Assembly: GCA_036509335.1 (NCBI GenBank) | Contig: DATCFT010000023.1 | Location: forward strand, 7,904-71,903 | Direction of reading: 5' to 3' | Source of the DNA: Hanamia sp. | Lineage (GTDB): Bacteria; Bacteroidota; Bacteroidia; Chitinophagales; Chitinophagaceae | DNA: 64,000 nt | Shown here: piece by piece, positions 10,701 through 19,187 of the stretch | How the letters are laid out: every line of letters starts with the position of its first letter | How positions within the stretch are numbered: position 1 is the first letter of the stretch | Translations under genes and position numbers: made by a program | The notes under the pieces: generated by a model | Seen by the model: only the letters and a program-made list of their open reading frames with translations | Databases searched by the model: none | Told to the model about the DNA's origin: nothing

Positions 10701-10862
10701 TTGAGTACCTGTAGTTTGCCCTTTAATTATAACAGAAGCTCCATGAATTGGAGTATTATCCGGGGAAACTACAATACCGGTTATTGTCCGTTCCTGGGCA
10801 AAAGTGGTTTGGCTTAATTGTAGGAACAGTAGTACAAGAAGAGCCGTTACTAATTTTCTCAT
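7710..10862 (-). CDS. SusC/RagA-family TonB-linked outer-membrane transporter
   Basis: It has a signal peptide, a carboxypeptidase-regulatory-like domain (ITGIVVSPDN...DLDGKF), a plug motif IESLSVLKGAAAAALYGSRAADGVVLITTK and a C-terminal beta-barrel ending in F. Confidence 0.9.
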   Translation of the reverse strand: MRKLVTALLVLLFLQLSQTTFAQERTITGIVVSPDNTPIHGASVIIKGQTTGTQTDLDGKFTTMAIRGDILVVSSVGFTTREIKVENSSTISITLQRGNAELQEVVVTALGIKKEQRSLGYSVTQLNANELMKNKNTNVINSLAGKVPGVNITQFSGSAGAGASITLRGGTSTSEGRQNQPLFVVDGIIYDNSTTVTGNTGTDGLSRSNTTYSDRVMDINPEDIESLSVLKGAAAAALYGSRAADGVVLITTKQGQEGRTTVNFNSKISTSWADKLPQVQTEFGPGSYSSNGVLSTDGVYNSWGPKIPADSTIYDNIGNFFRHGTIYDNNVNVSGGSKNGSFFLSGSNFKQTGIVPGTDYDKTTFRFNGDQKYGGLTLNANVAYSVANTDRTLTTAGLYGSGVGSMQALYGWPTTYNVKNYINPDESQHRIYAGTVALEDDIDNPYWIINEDKLTSKTNRFTGGLNGNFKITNWWDITGRVGYDQYTTNDYTYIAPGSAVIPLYQNGRLSKDMVNYTYITTTVMTNFHKSFGNFDTHVLLGTTSEDFNTVNQNLWGYTFSTPGTISFNNMENTNKFFTDATTRRRLVGAYGEAGVSYKDLVYLTATGRNDWSSTLPVKSRSYFYPSISGSFIFTQLLHPSNILSFGKLRASWARVGKDANPYATNTYENPPITIGSYIGVGNQYYSGNPDLIPEIQSSWEVGGAFRFLNDRIGLDYTYYHNETKNQIGQPRLAQSGGFIFSTLNSGSVINNGMEIALTGKVLSQRDFSWNATLNFSYNKGRLGAFIPGVSYFYPTDAQFGTIKAASIPNGGYFAGMTGQSYLHAVDANGKAIPNGAYQIDINTGLYKINPAVLVVGNREPDFIGGFENTLRYKAFTLSFLLDIRIGGDVFNGTESALVSNGLSKKTLLNDRQSVTLKGVSSQSGSDTTVTYNANQSYTIGSTTYSGTNMIQQYWSNYAANSYNFITSVNWLKLRSLSLTYDFDGMLKNQKIIKGLSATVVGTNLFTWTNYKGMDPEVSAAGGTGGSGSTGIDYLGVPAVASFTFGVNLKF

Positions 10863-11001
10863 AGCGAAATTTTAAATTGTAGGTTTATTAAAAGATTGTT
10901 TAAATATGACAATGGAATGTTTAAAAATGCTGCTTAATTGATTTTTATTTTTCAAAAAAAATTATTTATTGTGGTTTCAGAGGAGGCAGATTTAATAGGA
11001 T

Positions 11002-11751
11002 TCAGATCACCATTATTCCAGCACGTACATAAGGCTTCAGAACAGGATCATCAGGTGATAATTCAGTAATCAATATATCTATCTTTTTACTATCGCATAC
11101 CTGCAAAGGCTGTCTTGAATTAATTTTCTCAGCTATAGTTAAACACACAACTTGTTTGGATGCTTCTATCATTGCTTTCTTTACCTGCACTACTTCCCAG
11201 TCATTATCTGAAACTCCGTTTTCAAGGTTGATAGCAGATATTCCCAATATGCACAAATCAACTTTTAATTCTTTTATTCTTGAGATCGCATTATGGCCAA
11301 CTGTAATTTTAGAATCTTTTGAAATTTTATCCCCAATAGCAATTACTTCAATGTTTGGATGGAGGATGTATTCTGAAAGAGCAGGAATACTTCCTGAAAT
11401 AAAAGTAGCGTGCAAACTCGTTGGCAAAGCTCTGGCCATTTCAATAATAGTGGTACCTCCTGTCGTCAACACAAACATGCCGTCTTTAATAAGTGATATT
11501 GCCTTTAGTGCAATAATCTTTTTTTGCTGATAAGCATACACATCATTTGATGAAGTGTGTGTGTTGTGAAATGAAGGTGATAATGCGCCACCGTGAAATT
11601 TTATCACTTTCCCTTCTTCTGCTAATTGTTGAATATCTCTTCGAATGGTATCGTCCGAAACTTTTATTTGGATACTTAAATCGGTGGACAGAACTTTGTT
11701 GTGCAAATTGACCAGGTGAAGAATAAAATTTTGTCTCTCGATTTTAAGCAT
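11002..11751 (-). CDS. DeoR/GlpR-family transcriptional regulator
   Basis: The N-terminal DeoR HTH (LSTDLSIQIKVSDDTIRRDIQQLAEEGKV) is followed by a DeoR C-terminal sugar-phosphate sensor domain. Confidence 0.85.
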   Translation of the reverse strand: MLKIERQNFILHLVNLHNKVLSTDLSIQIKVSDDTIRRDIQQLAEEGKVIKFHGGALSPSFHNTHTSSNDVYAYQQKKIIALKAISLIKDGMFVLTTGGTTIIEMARALPTSLHATFISGSIPALSEYILHPNIEVIAIGDKISKDSKITVGHNAISRIKELKVDLCILGISAINLENGVSDNDWEVVQVKKAMIEASKQVVCLTIAEKINSRQPLQVCDSKKIDILITELSPDDPVLKPYVRAGIMVI

Positions 11752-12418
11752 TAGTTTTTGTTTTGCTTAACAAACTTATGATAAAAAATATATCGAAAGT
11801 GCAAATACCGCAAATTTTTTTTTAAAAATACCGCACATAGTTGCATAAAGGATTAAAAAATCACAATTATTATATTTTTTATAGTATCTAAACTATTTTT
11901 ATTGGCATCTAATATGCTTTTTAAATCTACCGGGAATTTTGGTAAATAACGCGTCTTGTTTAGCAAATTCTAATTAATATAATTTTTTCCACTTGAAGTG
12001 AAAAAGAGAAAAAGAGAAAGTAATATCCTGATGCGAGAATTGCGGTTTTTATAAATACGGTTTAAGAAAGGTAAAGAGCCATTTTTTTAGGAAAAACCGG
12101 AATACATTTCTAATTTTATTAGAAATTTTTTTCCTGAAATCTATAATTAATTACAAATCCGGATTATTATTTTGTTTACTGTACAATAAAAAAAGCGTTT
12201 ATACTACACTGTTATAGTCCTTAATTGCGGTAGGTGGGATTAGAAGAGCTTAAGAAAAGAATAATGTAACTCATGTAAGATGAACACAGCTATGTTCTTT
12301 ATTTTTTATTTTTTCTTATAAAATAAGAATATCCTTTATTTGTCTTTCTACTGAATTATTTTTTATTTCTTTATTCCTTAAAATAAAAAACTCAAAAATT
12401 ACAGAGTCCACAACTTCT

Positions 12419-13735
12419 TTATCTCTTTTTCTTTTTCTTTATTTTTTTAGTACTTCTTGCTTTATGCCTTTTTACAGGAATTTTTTTTGAGGCAAATTTT
12501 ATTTTCTGAGAGAGAATCCTTTCCGGGTTTTCATTGGTATTAATTTCTTCGTTAGAAATCTCACTGTTTTCTTTTCCATTTAATAAAACCCCTGCATCAA
12601 AATAACCTTCCATATCTTTGGCCTCGTAAATATTTCTGTTATATTTATTTCCCAAAACAATAATGGTAACAGAATCCTGTATCATACGTATAAATACCGC
12701 ATTGTTGCCATGCCACCATCCATTATGATAAATTACTTTTTTCCCGTTGGGATATACATTCATTCTCCATCCATAACCATAATTTCTGATACCGGGCTTT
12801 TCATTACTGTAAGGTGTGAAAGCCTCATCCAGCGTTTCTTTGGTAAAAATGCGATTACTGTATAATGCCTGGTCCCATTTTAAAAGATCCTCGGGCGTGC
12901 TGTAAATATTTTTGTCACCAAAACCGCAATCCAGGAAACTAAATGCTTCCGGCCTGCCACGCCAATCGTAAGAAGGCATTGCTGTAGCGCTATCTTTAAT
13001 ATTGTACACATAAGTATCTTTCATCCCCAGTGGAGTAAAAAATTGTTGTTGTAAAAAATTGGCGTAGGATTCTCCGGATGCTTTTTCAATTATCAATCCT
13101 AATAAGGCAAAATTGGTATTGCAGTAGGTAAAGCGGGTATCAGGCTTGCTGGTAGCAGGTGGTTTAAATTTAATTAAATAATCAAGCACATCCTCATTGC
13201 TGCAATGTTGTTTTGTATTCCATCCCAGTTTTTGCATGAAATAAAGATAATTTGGTAAACCGCTTCTGTGGCTCAATAATAATCTGATGGTTACATTATC
13301 GTAAGGAAAGTTTGGGAAATATTTTTTTACATCATCATTAACAGAAAGTTTACCCATTTGAGCAAGCTTTAAAGTGGCCATTGCAGTAAAAGTTTTTGAT
13401 ACTGAGGCAAGGTGAAAAGCGCTGTGTTTGTTTAGGGAATCTTTTTTTCTAAGGTTAAAAAACCCATGATATTTTTCGAATATTACCTCTCCATATTTAG
13501 CTACCAGGATACCTCCATTAAACCCTGTTCGTAATAATTTTCTTTCATAAAAATCATTTACATCTGCATAATACCTGTCGAATTCTGCCTTGGGTATTAC
13601 CGCAGGATCGGAGGGAGCAATTACCGCAGTGGTATCTACCAAAGAGGTTTTTAATTTATTAGCGCCGGAATTACAGGAGCAGATAGCTATAAAAAATAAA
13701 AAAAGCAGAATAACAAAAAATTTTATGGGTCTCAT
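12419..13735 (-). CDS. serine hydrolase of the beta-lactamase/PBP (class C-like) family, lipoprotein, with a Lys-rich C-terminal tail
   Basis: It has a lipobox (AICSC), an SxxK motif (ASVSKTF), a YxN motif (YCN) and the tail KRHKARSTKKIKKKKKR. I prefer the ATG at 13735 over the TTG at 13738. Confidence 0.8.
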   Translation of the reverse strand: MRPIKFFVILLFLFFIAICSCNSGANKLKTSLVDTTAVIAPSDPAVIPKAEFDRYYADVNDFYERKLLRTGFNGGILVAKYGEVIFEKYHGFFNLRKKDSLNKHSAFHLASVSKTFTAMATLKLAQMGKLSVNDDVKKYFPNFPYDNVTIRLLLSHRSGLPNYLYFMQKLGWNTKQHCSNEDVLDYLIKFKPPATSKPDTRFTYCNTNFALLGLIIEKASGESYANFLQQQFFTPLGMKDTYVYNIKDSATAMPSYDWRGRPEAFSFLDCGFGDKNIYSTPEDLLKWDQALYSNRIFTKETLDEAFTPYSNEKPGIRNYGYGWRMNVYPNGKKVIYHNGWWHGNNAVFIRMIQDSVTIIVLGNKYNRNIYEAKDMEGYFDAGVLLNGKENSEISNEEINTNENPERILSQKIKFASKKIPVKRHKARSTKKIKKKKKR

Positions 13736-13761
13736 CAAAAATAATTCAAGGATTTAGGGAC

Positions 13762-13769
13762 TATATTTG
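13762..13769 (+). promoter_or_regulatory. -7 promoter box TAtaTTTG for serA
   Basis: An exact TAnnTTTG lies 24 nt upstream of the serA ATG. Confidence 0.5.
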
Positions 13770-13792
13770 CAATATTACATTACAATTTTAAT

Positions 13793-15031
13793 ATGTTAGA
13801 AAAAAAAGTTACCAGTTATCCTAAAGAAAAAATAAATATTCTTTTTTTAGAAAATATTAGCAAAAAAGCAACTGAAAGATTTATTGATGGAGGTTATTCT
13901 TCCGTAAAAAGGGTGTCAGGGGCTCTTAGTGAAAGCGATCTTATTAAAGAAATTAAAAATGTTCATTTATTGGGCATCCGTTCCAAATCAAAAATAACCG
14001 AGGAAGTTTTAAAAAATGCATCCAAGCTCCAGGCAATAGGATGCTTTTGTATTGGAACCAACCAGGTGGATATTTCCGCAGCTACAAAAAAGGGAGTTGC
14101 AGTATTCAACGCCCCTTATTCCAACACAAGGTCTGTAGCTGAATTAGTGATTGCATTATCTATTATGCTTATTCGAAAAATCCCCGACAAAAATAAATCG
14201 GCACATGAAGGTATTTGGTTAAAGGATTCCACAGGAAGTCATGAGCTTCGTGGGAAAATTTTAGGGATTGTTGGTTATGGAAACATCGGTTCACAGGTAA
14301 GTGTTCTCGCAGAATCCATGGGAATGAAAGTAATTTTTTATGATACCGAAGCTAAAATGCCTTTGGGTAATGCTGAGCCCAAAACTTCATTGAAGGATTT
14401 GATGAAAGTTGCCGATATTATTACGCTTCACGTTCCGGATGTTCCTTCTACCAGAAACATGATTACCCAAAATAATTTGAAATTTTGCAAGAAATCGGCA
14501 ATACTTATTAATTATGCCAGGGGCGGTGTAGTAGATCTATCAGCGTTAAGAAACGCCCTTGTAAATAATGAATTGGGAGGCGCTGCTATAGATGTATTTC
14601 CTGAAGAACCAGTAAAAAACGGTGATAAATTTACCACTCCTTTGCAGGGAGTAAGCAATGTAATACTTACGCCACATATTGGTGGCTCTACCGAGGAAGC
14701 ACAGGAAAATATCGGAGAAGATGTAAGTAATAAATTATTTAATTTTTTAGAGAAAGGAATTACTACCGGCTCACATTCAGTACCTCCATTGAATCTTCCT
14801 CCACATGAAAACACACACCGTATTCTGCACATACACAAAAACGTTCCAGGTGTATTGTCTCAAATAAACACAAGGCTTTCTTCACATAAAATAAATATTC
14901 TTGGGCAATATTTAAAAACAAATGATGAGATAGGATATGTAGTGCTGGACGTAAATAAAAATCTTTCAAAAGAAGCGATGGAATTATTAAAGGAAGTAGA
15001 TGAAACTATAAAAGTAAGATTGTTGTATTGA
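13793..15031 (+). CDS. serA: D-3-phosphoglycerate dehydrogenase
   Basis: It is a 2-hydroxyacid dehydrogenase with the NAD motif GIVGYGNIGSQV, the catalytic region (PHIGGST), and a C-terminal ACT-like domain. Confidence 0.9.
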   Translation: MLEKKVTSYPKEKINILFLENISKKATERFIDGGYSSVKRVSGALSESDLIKEIKNVHLLGIRSKSKITEEVLKNASKLQAIGCFCIGTNQVDISAATKKGVAVFNAPYSNTRSVAELVIALSIMLIRKIPDKNKSAHEGIWLKDSTGSHELRGKILGIVGYGNIGSQVSVLAESMGMKVIFYDTEAKMPLGNAEPKTSLKDLMKVADIITLHVPDVPSTRNMITQNNLKFCKKSAILINYARGGVVDLSALRNALVNNELGGAAIDVFPEEPVKNGDKFTTPLQGVSNVILTPHIGGSTEEAQENIGEDVSNKLFNFLEKGITTGSHSVPPLNLPPHENTHRILHIHKNVPGVLSQINTRLSSHKINILGQYLKTNDEIGYVVLDVNKNLSKEAMELLKEVDETIKVRLLY

Positions 15032-15115
15032 GTTGTGGAATTTCATTGTTTGAAGTTTCATCCCCCGGATCTTCAAACAGTAAACAAACTTTTAATTGAT
15101 ATTTCTAATTAATAT

Positions 15116-15170
15116 CTGACAGCTGAAAGCTGAAAGCTGAAAGCTGAAAGCTGAACACTGACAGCTGACA
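15116..15170. repeat. heptamer tandem array (AGCTGAA x5, flanked by CTGAC variants)
   Basis: It reads directly as ctgac agctgaa x5 cactgac agctgac. It is intergenic between serA and the DUF2071 gene. Confidence 0.9.
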
Positions 15171-15292
15171 TAAAATTAAAGTTTTTTAGTTTTCAAATAT
15201 AGTTGGCAGAAATCTTGTATTGTATATTATTGAATCAGATCTTTTACCCTATCGCAATTATTTTTAAGATCTCCGGTAATATTGTAATTATT

Positions 15293-16012
15293 ATGACAAC
15301 CCACTTTTTGCTTGCTGAATGGAATAATTTAATAATGGCAAATTATGTGGTTCCCAAAGAGTTGTTACAGTCGCATGTTCCTTATAAAACTGAACTGGAT
15401 TTTTTTGAAGGCAATGCTTATTTAAGCCTTGTGGGCTTTAATTTTCTAAACACGAAAGTACTTGGATTTAGTATTCCGAGGCACGTGAATTTTGAAGAAG
15501 TGAATCTTCGTTTTTATATAAAACATAATGACCATGGAAACTGGAAAAGAGGTTTGGTTTTTATAAAGGAAATTGTTCCAAAGAGAGCTGTTGCATTTAT
15601 TGCCAATAACGTGTATCGGGAAAAATATGCCACAATGAATATGCGACATTTTCACAATGACACAGGTGGGCGTTTTGAAGCAGGCTACGAATGGGAATAT
15701 AAAAATAAATGGAATAAAATAAGTGCCATAACAGATAAAAGATCAAAAAAAATTGTTCCCGGTAGTTGCGAAAGTTTTTTTGCAGATCATTATTGGGGAT
15801 TTTCAAAAAATAGCGATACCAAAACCTACCAGTATCTCGTAGAACATCCGGTTTGGGAAACTTTAAAAGTAGTATCTTATTCTATAAATTGTGATTTTGG
15901 TTTAATTTATGGCAGTGAGTTTTCTTTTTTGAATGATAAAAAACCTGCTTCTGTTCTTATGGCAAGGGGGTCAGAAATAAGGGTGCATCATAAAAAAACA
16001 ATTGAGGGTTGA
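15293..16012 (+). CDS. DUF2071 (YqjF-like) family protein
   Basis: The overall pattern MTTHFLLAEWNNLIMANY...LSLVGF fits this family. The start is moved to the internal ATG at 15293 because the 30 upstream codons follow a TTG and look non-coding. Confidence 0.55.
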   Translation: MTTHFLLAEWNNLIMANYVVPKELLQSHVPYKTELDFFEGNAYLSLVGFNFLNTKVLGFSIPRHVNFEEVNLRFYIKHNDHGNWKRGLVFIKEIVPKRAVAFIANNVYREKYATMNMRHFHNDTGGRFEAGYEWEYKNKWNKISAITDKRSKKIVPGSCESFFADHYWGFSKNSDTKTYQYLVEHPVWETLKVVSYSINCDFGLIYGSEFSFLNDKKPASVLMARGSEIRVHHKKTIEG

Positions 16013-16118
16013 ATAACAACCCAAATTAGAAATCTATCAAATTTGTTCGTTTACTGCAATAGCAATTTATCAATCCAAAAATTCTTTTAATAATTTTTTT
16101 GCGATGCCATAATGACTG

Positions 16119-16862
16119 TCAGGCGAGTATTTTTTTTCTATAATCCTTCAACAATTCAACCATCTTTTTTACTTCCTCTTTATTAACAGCTACATAATTT
16201 AATGTTTCCTTTAGGTCCGCATTTGTAAATTCCATTTTACTTTCAATTAAATTACTTGCAGAGCTATGGAACTCTTTGGCACCGGTACTTTCAGCAATTG
16301 AAATAATATTTTCTGCATTTACCCCCGAGCCCGGCATGATGATAATTCTTTCAGAAGCTTGTTGTATTAATTGAGAAAGTAAATGGACCGCTTCTATGAC
16401 TTTAGGTTTTAAACCTGATGTTAATATTCTTTCAAAACCAAGATCAATAATATCTTCCAACGCTTCTTGGGGGTTAGCTACCCGGTCGAAAGCCCTGTGA
16501 AAAGTGGCTTCCAGAGGATAAGCCAAATCAATTAATTCCTTACATTTTTTTTTGTCTATTTTTCCATCTTTAGTTAAAATACCGGTTACGATTCCATCGC
16601 AACCCATTTGCTTAGAAATAGCAATATCGTTTTTCATCATCTCAAATTCATCATTGCTGAAGAGAAAGTCACCTCCACGCGGGCGTATCATCACATAAAG
16701 ATCAATATGTAATTTTTCCCGTGCTGCTTTAATGAAAGCATAAGAAGGCGTAGTACCGCCTTCCCGGGGATTTGCGCATAATTCAATTCTATTGGCACCG
16801 GCTTCCTGCGCAGTGATACAACTTTCAATATTAAAACCAATTATTTCCAATTTATGAGTCAT
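16119..16862 (-). CDS. cutC: copper homeostasis protein CutC family
   Basis: LEIIGFNIESCITAQEAGANRIELCANPREGGTTPSY is the characteristic CutC TIM-barrel N-terminus. Confidence 0.85.
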   Translation of the reverse strand: MTHKLEIIGFNIESCITAQEAGANRIELCANPREGGTTPSYAFIKAAREKLHIDLYVMIRPRGGDFLFSNDEFEMMKNDIAISKQMGCDGIVTGILTKDGKIDKKKCKELIDLAYPLEATFHRAFDRVANPQEALEDIIDLGFERILTSGLKPKVIEAVHLLSQLIQQASERIIIMPGSGVNAENIISIAESTGAKEFHSSASNLIESKMEFTNADLKETLNYVAVNKEEVKKMVELLKDYRKKILA

Positions 16863-16950
16863 AGGGGATTAATTATAAATTCCATTGAAAATAATTTCAT
16901 GCTGTTGGCCGCTTCGAGATAAATGGCTGGCAGTTAACACAGCTACAATT

Positions 16951-16999
16951 TCTTAATTCTTAATTCTTAATTTTTAATTTTTAATTCTTAATTCTTAAT
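16951..16999. repeat. heptamer tandem array T(C/T)TTAAT x7, starting 3 nt after the asparaginase-family stop codon
   Basis: It reads directly as tcttaat x3, ttttaat x2, tcttaat x2. Confidence 0.9.
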
Positions 17000-17002
17000 T
17001 TT

Positions 17003-18052
17003 TTAGGTTGCTCCTAAATCGAAGAAATATTTTGCCGGAATTATTTTTTCCTCACCGTTATTTTTTACGGCAAAAACAAAACCTTTTTGAACTGCATAAG
17101 CACCGTATTCCCCTTTTTTATTCAATGCCAAAAAAGCCACTTGAAGTCCCTTTGCCCTGTTTACATCACGGTTGATGATACGCTCAATTGCTTTACGGCA
17201 GGCAGCTTCAGGCGACAGACCGTTACGCATAGCTTCTACTACCACATGCGTTCCACATATACGCATTACTTCTTCTCCAAGGCCACTCGATGTAGCCGCT
17301 CCCACTTCATTATCCACAAAAAGCCCTGCACCAATGATTGGCGAATCTCCCACACGGCCGTGAATTTTAAATGCTATTCCGCTAGTGGTAACGGCGCCAC
17401 TCATATTTCCGGAAGCATCAATGGCTACCAAACCCATTGTATCATGATTTACTGAACCATCATCAAAAAAATGAGGCGCAAAAGGGCCGTTTCCTTTTTT
17501 TCCTGCCTCGCCGACAGACTGGTTTTCAATATTGATTACGGGTTTGTATTCACTTTTTTTCAACCAGTTTTCGTAAGCCGCTTTTGCAGGTGCAGAGAGT
17601 TCTTTTGATTGTTTTTCAAAACCGTTTTCCAAAGCGAATTGTTGCGCACCTTCGCCTACCAGCATGATGTGTGGAGTGGTTTCCATTATTTTTCTTGCTA
17701 CCGAAACAGGATGTTTTATTTGCTCAATAGCCCCCACAGAACCGCAGTTGGCATGCTCATCCATAATACACGAATCAAGCGTTACTATACCATCCCTGTC
17801 TGGATAACCTCCCAGACCGATGCAGCAGTCTATAGTATCTTCTACATACCTGGCGCCTGCTTCCACTGCATCTAAGGCGCGGCCGTTCGATGATAAAATT
17901 TTCCAGGCTTCTGCGTTTACTTCTTTGCCATTGCTCCACGTAGAAACCACGATGGGTTTCGTTTGTGCATCGCTGTTAGGTATTACATTTTTTAACGAAA
18001 GCAAAGGAGCGGTAAGAGTAGAAAGCTGAAGGAATTTTCTTCTGTTGAGCAT
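17003..18052 (-). CDS. N4-(beta-N-acetylglucosaminyl)-L-asparaginase / isoaspartyl peptidase family (Ntn hydrolase)
   Basis: It has a twin-arginine-type signal (MLNRRKFLQL), an autoprocessing site (HDT in NHDTMGLVAID) and GRVGDSPIIGAG. I prefer the ATG at 18052 over the TTG at 18070. Confidence 0.85.
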   Translation of the reverse strand: MLNRRKFLQLSTLTAPLLSLKNVIPNSDAQTKPIVVSTWSNGKEVNAEAWKILSSNGRALDAVEAGARYVEDTIDCCIGLGGYPDRDGIVTLDSCIMDEHANCGSVGAIEQIKHPVSVARKIMETTPHIMLVGEGAQQFALENGFEKQSKELSAPAKAAYENWLKKSEYKPVINIENQSVGEAGKKGNGPFAPHFFDDGSVNHDTMGLVAIDASGNMSGAVTTSGIAFKIHGRVGDSPIIGAGLFVDNEVGAATSSGLGEEVMRICGTHVVVEAMRNGLSPEAACRKAIERIINRDVNRAKGLQVAFLALNKKGEYGAYAVQKGFVFAVKNNGEEKIIPAKYFFDLGAT

Positions 18053-18138
18053 GTATAAACTTTTGGTCAAATGTAATTATTAATCGGTTATCAATTTTGC
18101 AAAACAGGTTTTTTTTAAGAATAAGCAGATACTATTTC

Positions 18139-18606
18139 CTATGAATATCTCTTTAAAATATCTTCTATACGCTTATCCGGAATGAGATCGGATGACCCTA
18201 TAAGTTTTACTTTTTTATATTCATCATGCTGGGAGTTAATTACAAAATTGAATCCTTCGGATAATACTGCTGAAGGTACTTTTAGTAAAAGTGTTTTCCC
18301 TTTCCCGTACCATTTGTTGCCTAATTGCTGGCATTGAAAATAATTGGTGGAGTCTCTCCATCCCGGGGACAAATCCGCAGAATTAACCAGAGTAATTTTT
18401 GTGTTATCAGGAATTGAAATGATCATTATTTTAAAGTCGTCATTAAAACCGACTCCCTGCCGTCGGATCATGTTTTCCAAAAACGCTAACGCAATAGATT
18501 CAGCACAATAAATGACTTTATTGCCAGCAGGATTCCATCTCCCTCCCATGCCTGAAGCCGATAAAGCGTTACTATATTTTTTATGAACGATCCTGTAAAC
18601 GAGCAT
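18139..18606 (-). CDS. RES-domain toxin (RES-Xre type II toxin-antitoxin system)
   Basis: GGRWNPAGNKVIYCAESIALAFLE carries the Arg and Glu of the RES signature. The size (155 aa) and the position downstream of a DUF2384 antitoxin also fit. Confidence 0.85.
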   Translation of the reverse strand: MLVYRIVHKKYSNALSASGMGGRWNPAGNKVIYCAESIALAFLENMIRRQGVGFNDDFKIMIISIPDNTKITLVNSADLSPGWRDSTNYFQCQQLGNKWYGKGKTLLLKVPSAVLSEGFNFVINSQHDEYKKVKLIGSSDLIPDKRIEDILKRYS

Positions 18607-18616
18607 AGAGATAATT

Positions 18617-19051
18617 TTAAACAGGATAGCCTTGTGCTAATTTATCGAGCTCCTGATTTATTAAATCTACACCTCCGGCTGTGCCTACTAAATCGAAAGG
18701 GGCTGTTTTTTTATTCCAAAAAGGCTTTTTAAGCCAGTAGTTGAACTCATCAATATTGCCAAAAAGCGCTTCTCCTTTTTCGTACAGACTGATCAGTTTC
18801 AGTAAATGCTCACTGTAGATCGGTGCTAAAGTTTTTTCTTCCTCATAATGATTGCTGATCGTTCTTGAGGAAAGATTAAGGATAGAAGCGAGATGCTTTT
18901 CAGGCATTTTAATAGTCTCGGCAAAGTCATAAAACACTTTTGTTTTAATACCTTTTCTGGCTGCTGAAACAATTGCATTGAGATTGCTTAAATCCAAATT
19001 TCTGAACCGGTGTTTTACAGAATTGCTTTTATTAAGAGTAACCGTTGGCAT
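18617..19051 (-). CDS. Xre-like antitoxin with a DUF2384 (MbcA/ParS-type) toxin-binding domain
   Basis: The 144-aa ORF has an HTH-like N-terminal half and a C-terminal WL..P...L.G..P..L motif (YWLKKPFWNKKTAPFDLVGTAGG). Its stop is separated by 10 nt from the RES gene start. Confidence 0.8.
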   Translation of the reverse strand: MPTVTLNKSNSVKHRFRNLDLSNLNAIVSAARKGIKTKVFYDFAETIKMPEKHLASILNLSSRTISNHYEEEKTLAPIYSEHLLKLISLYEKGEALFGNIDEFNYWLKKPFWNKKTAPFDLVGTAGGVDLINQELDKLAQGYPV

Positions 19052-19187
19052 ATTGTAGTTTCATTTTAAGATAAAGTTAGGTGAAAATTTTCAATCTTAA
19101 AATGAAAAAAATTCAATTGTAAGATTCAACCAATAAAAAGAATGATGATTGCAGACTTTTCAAAAGTTATTATAAACATTTCATGCT

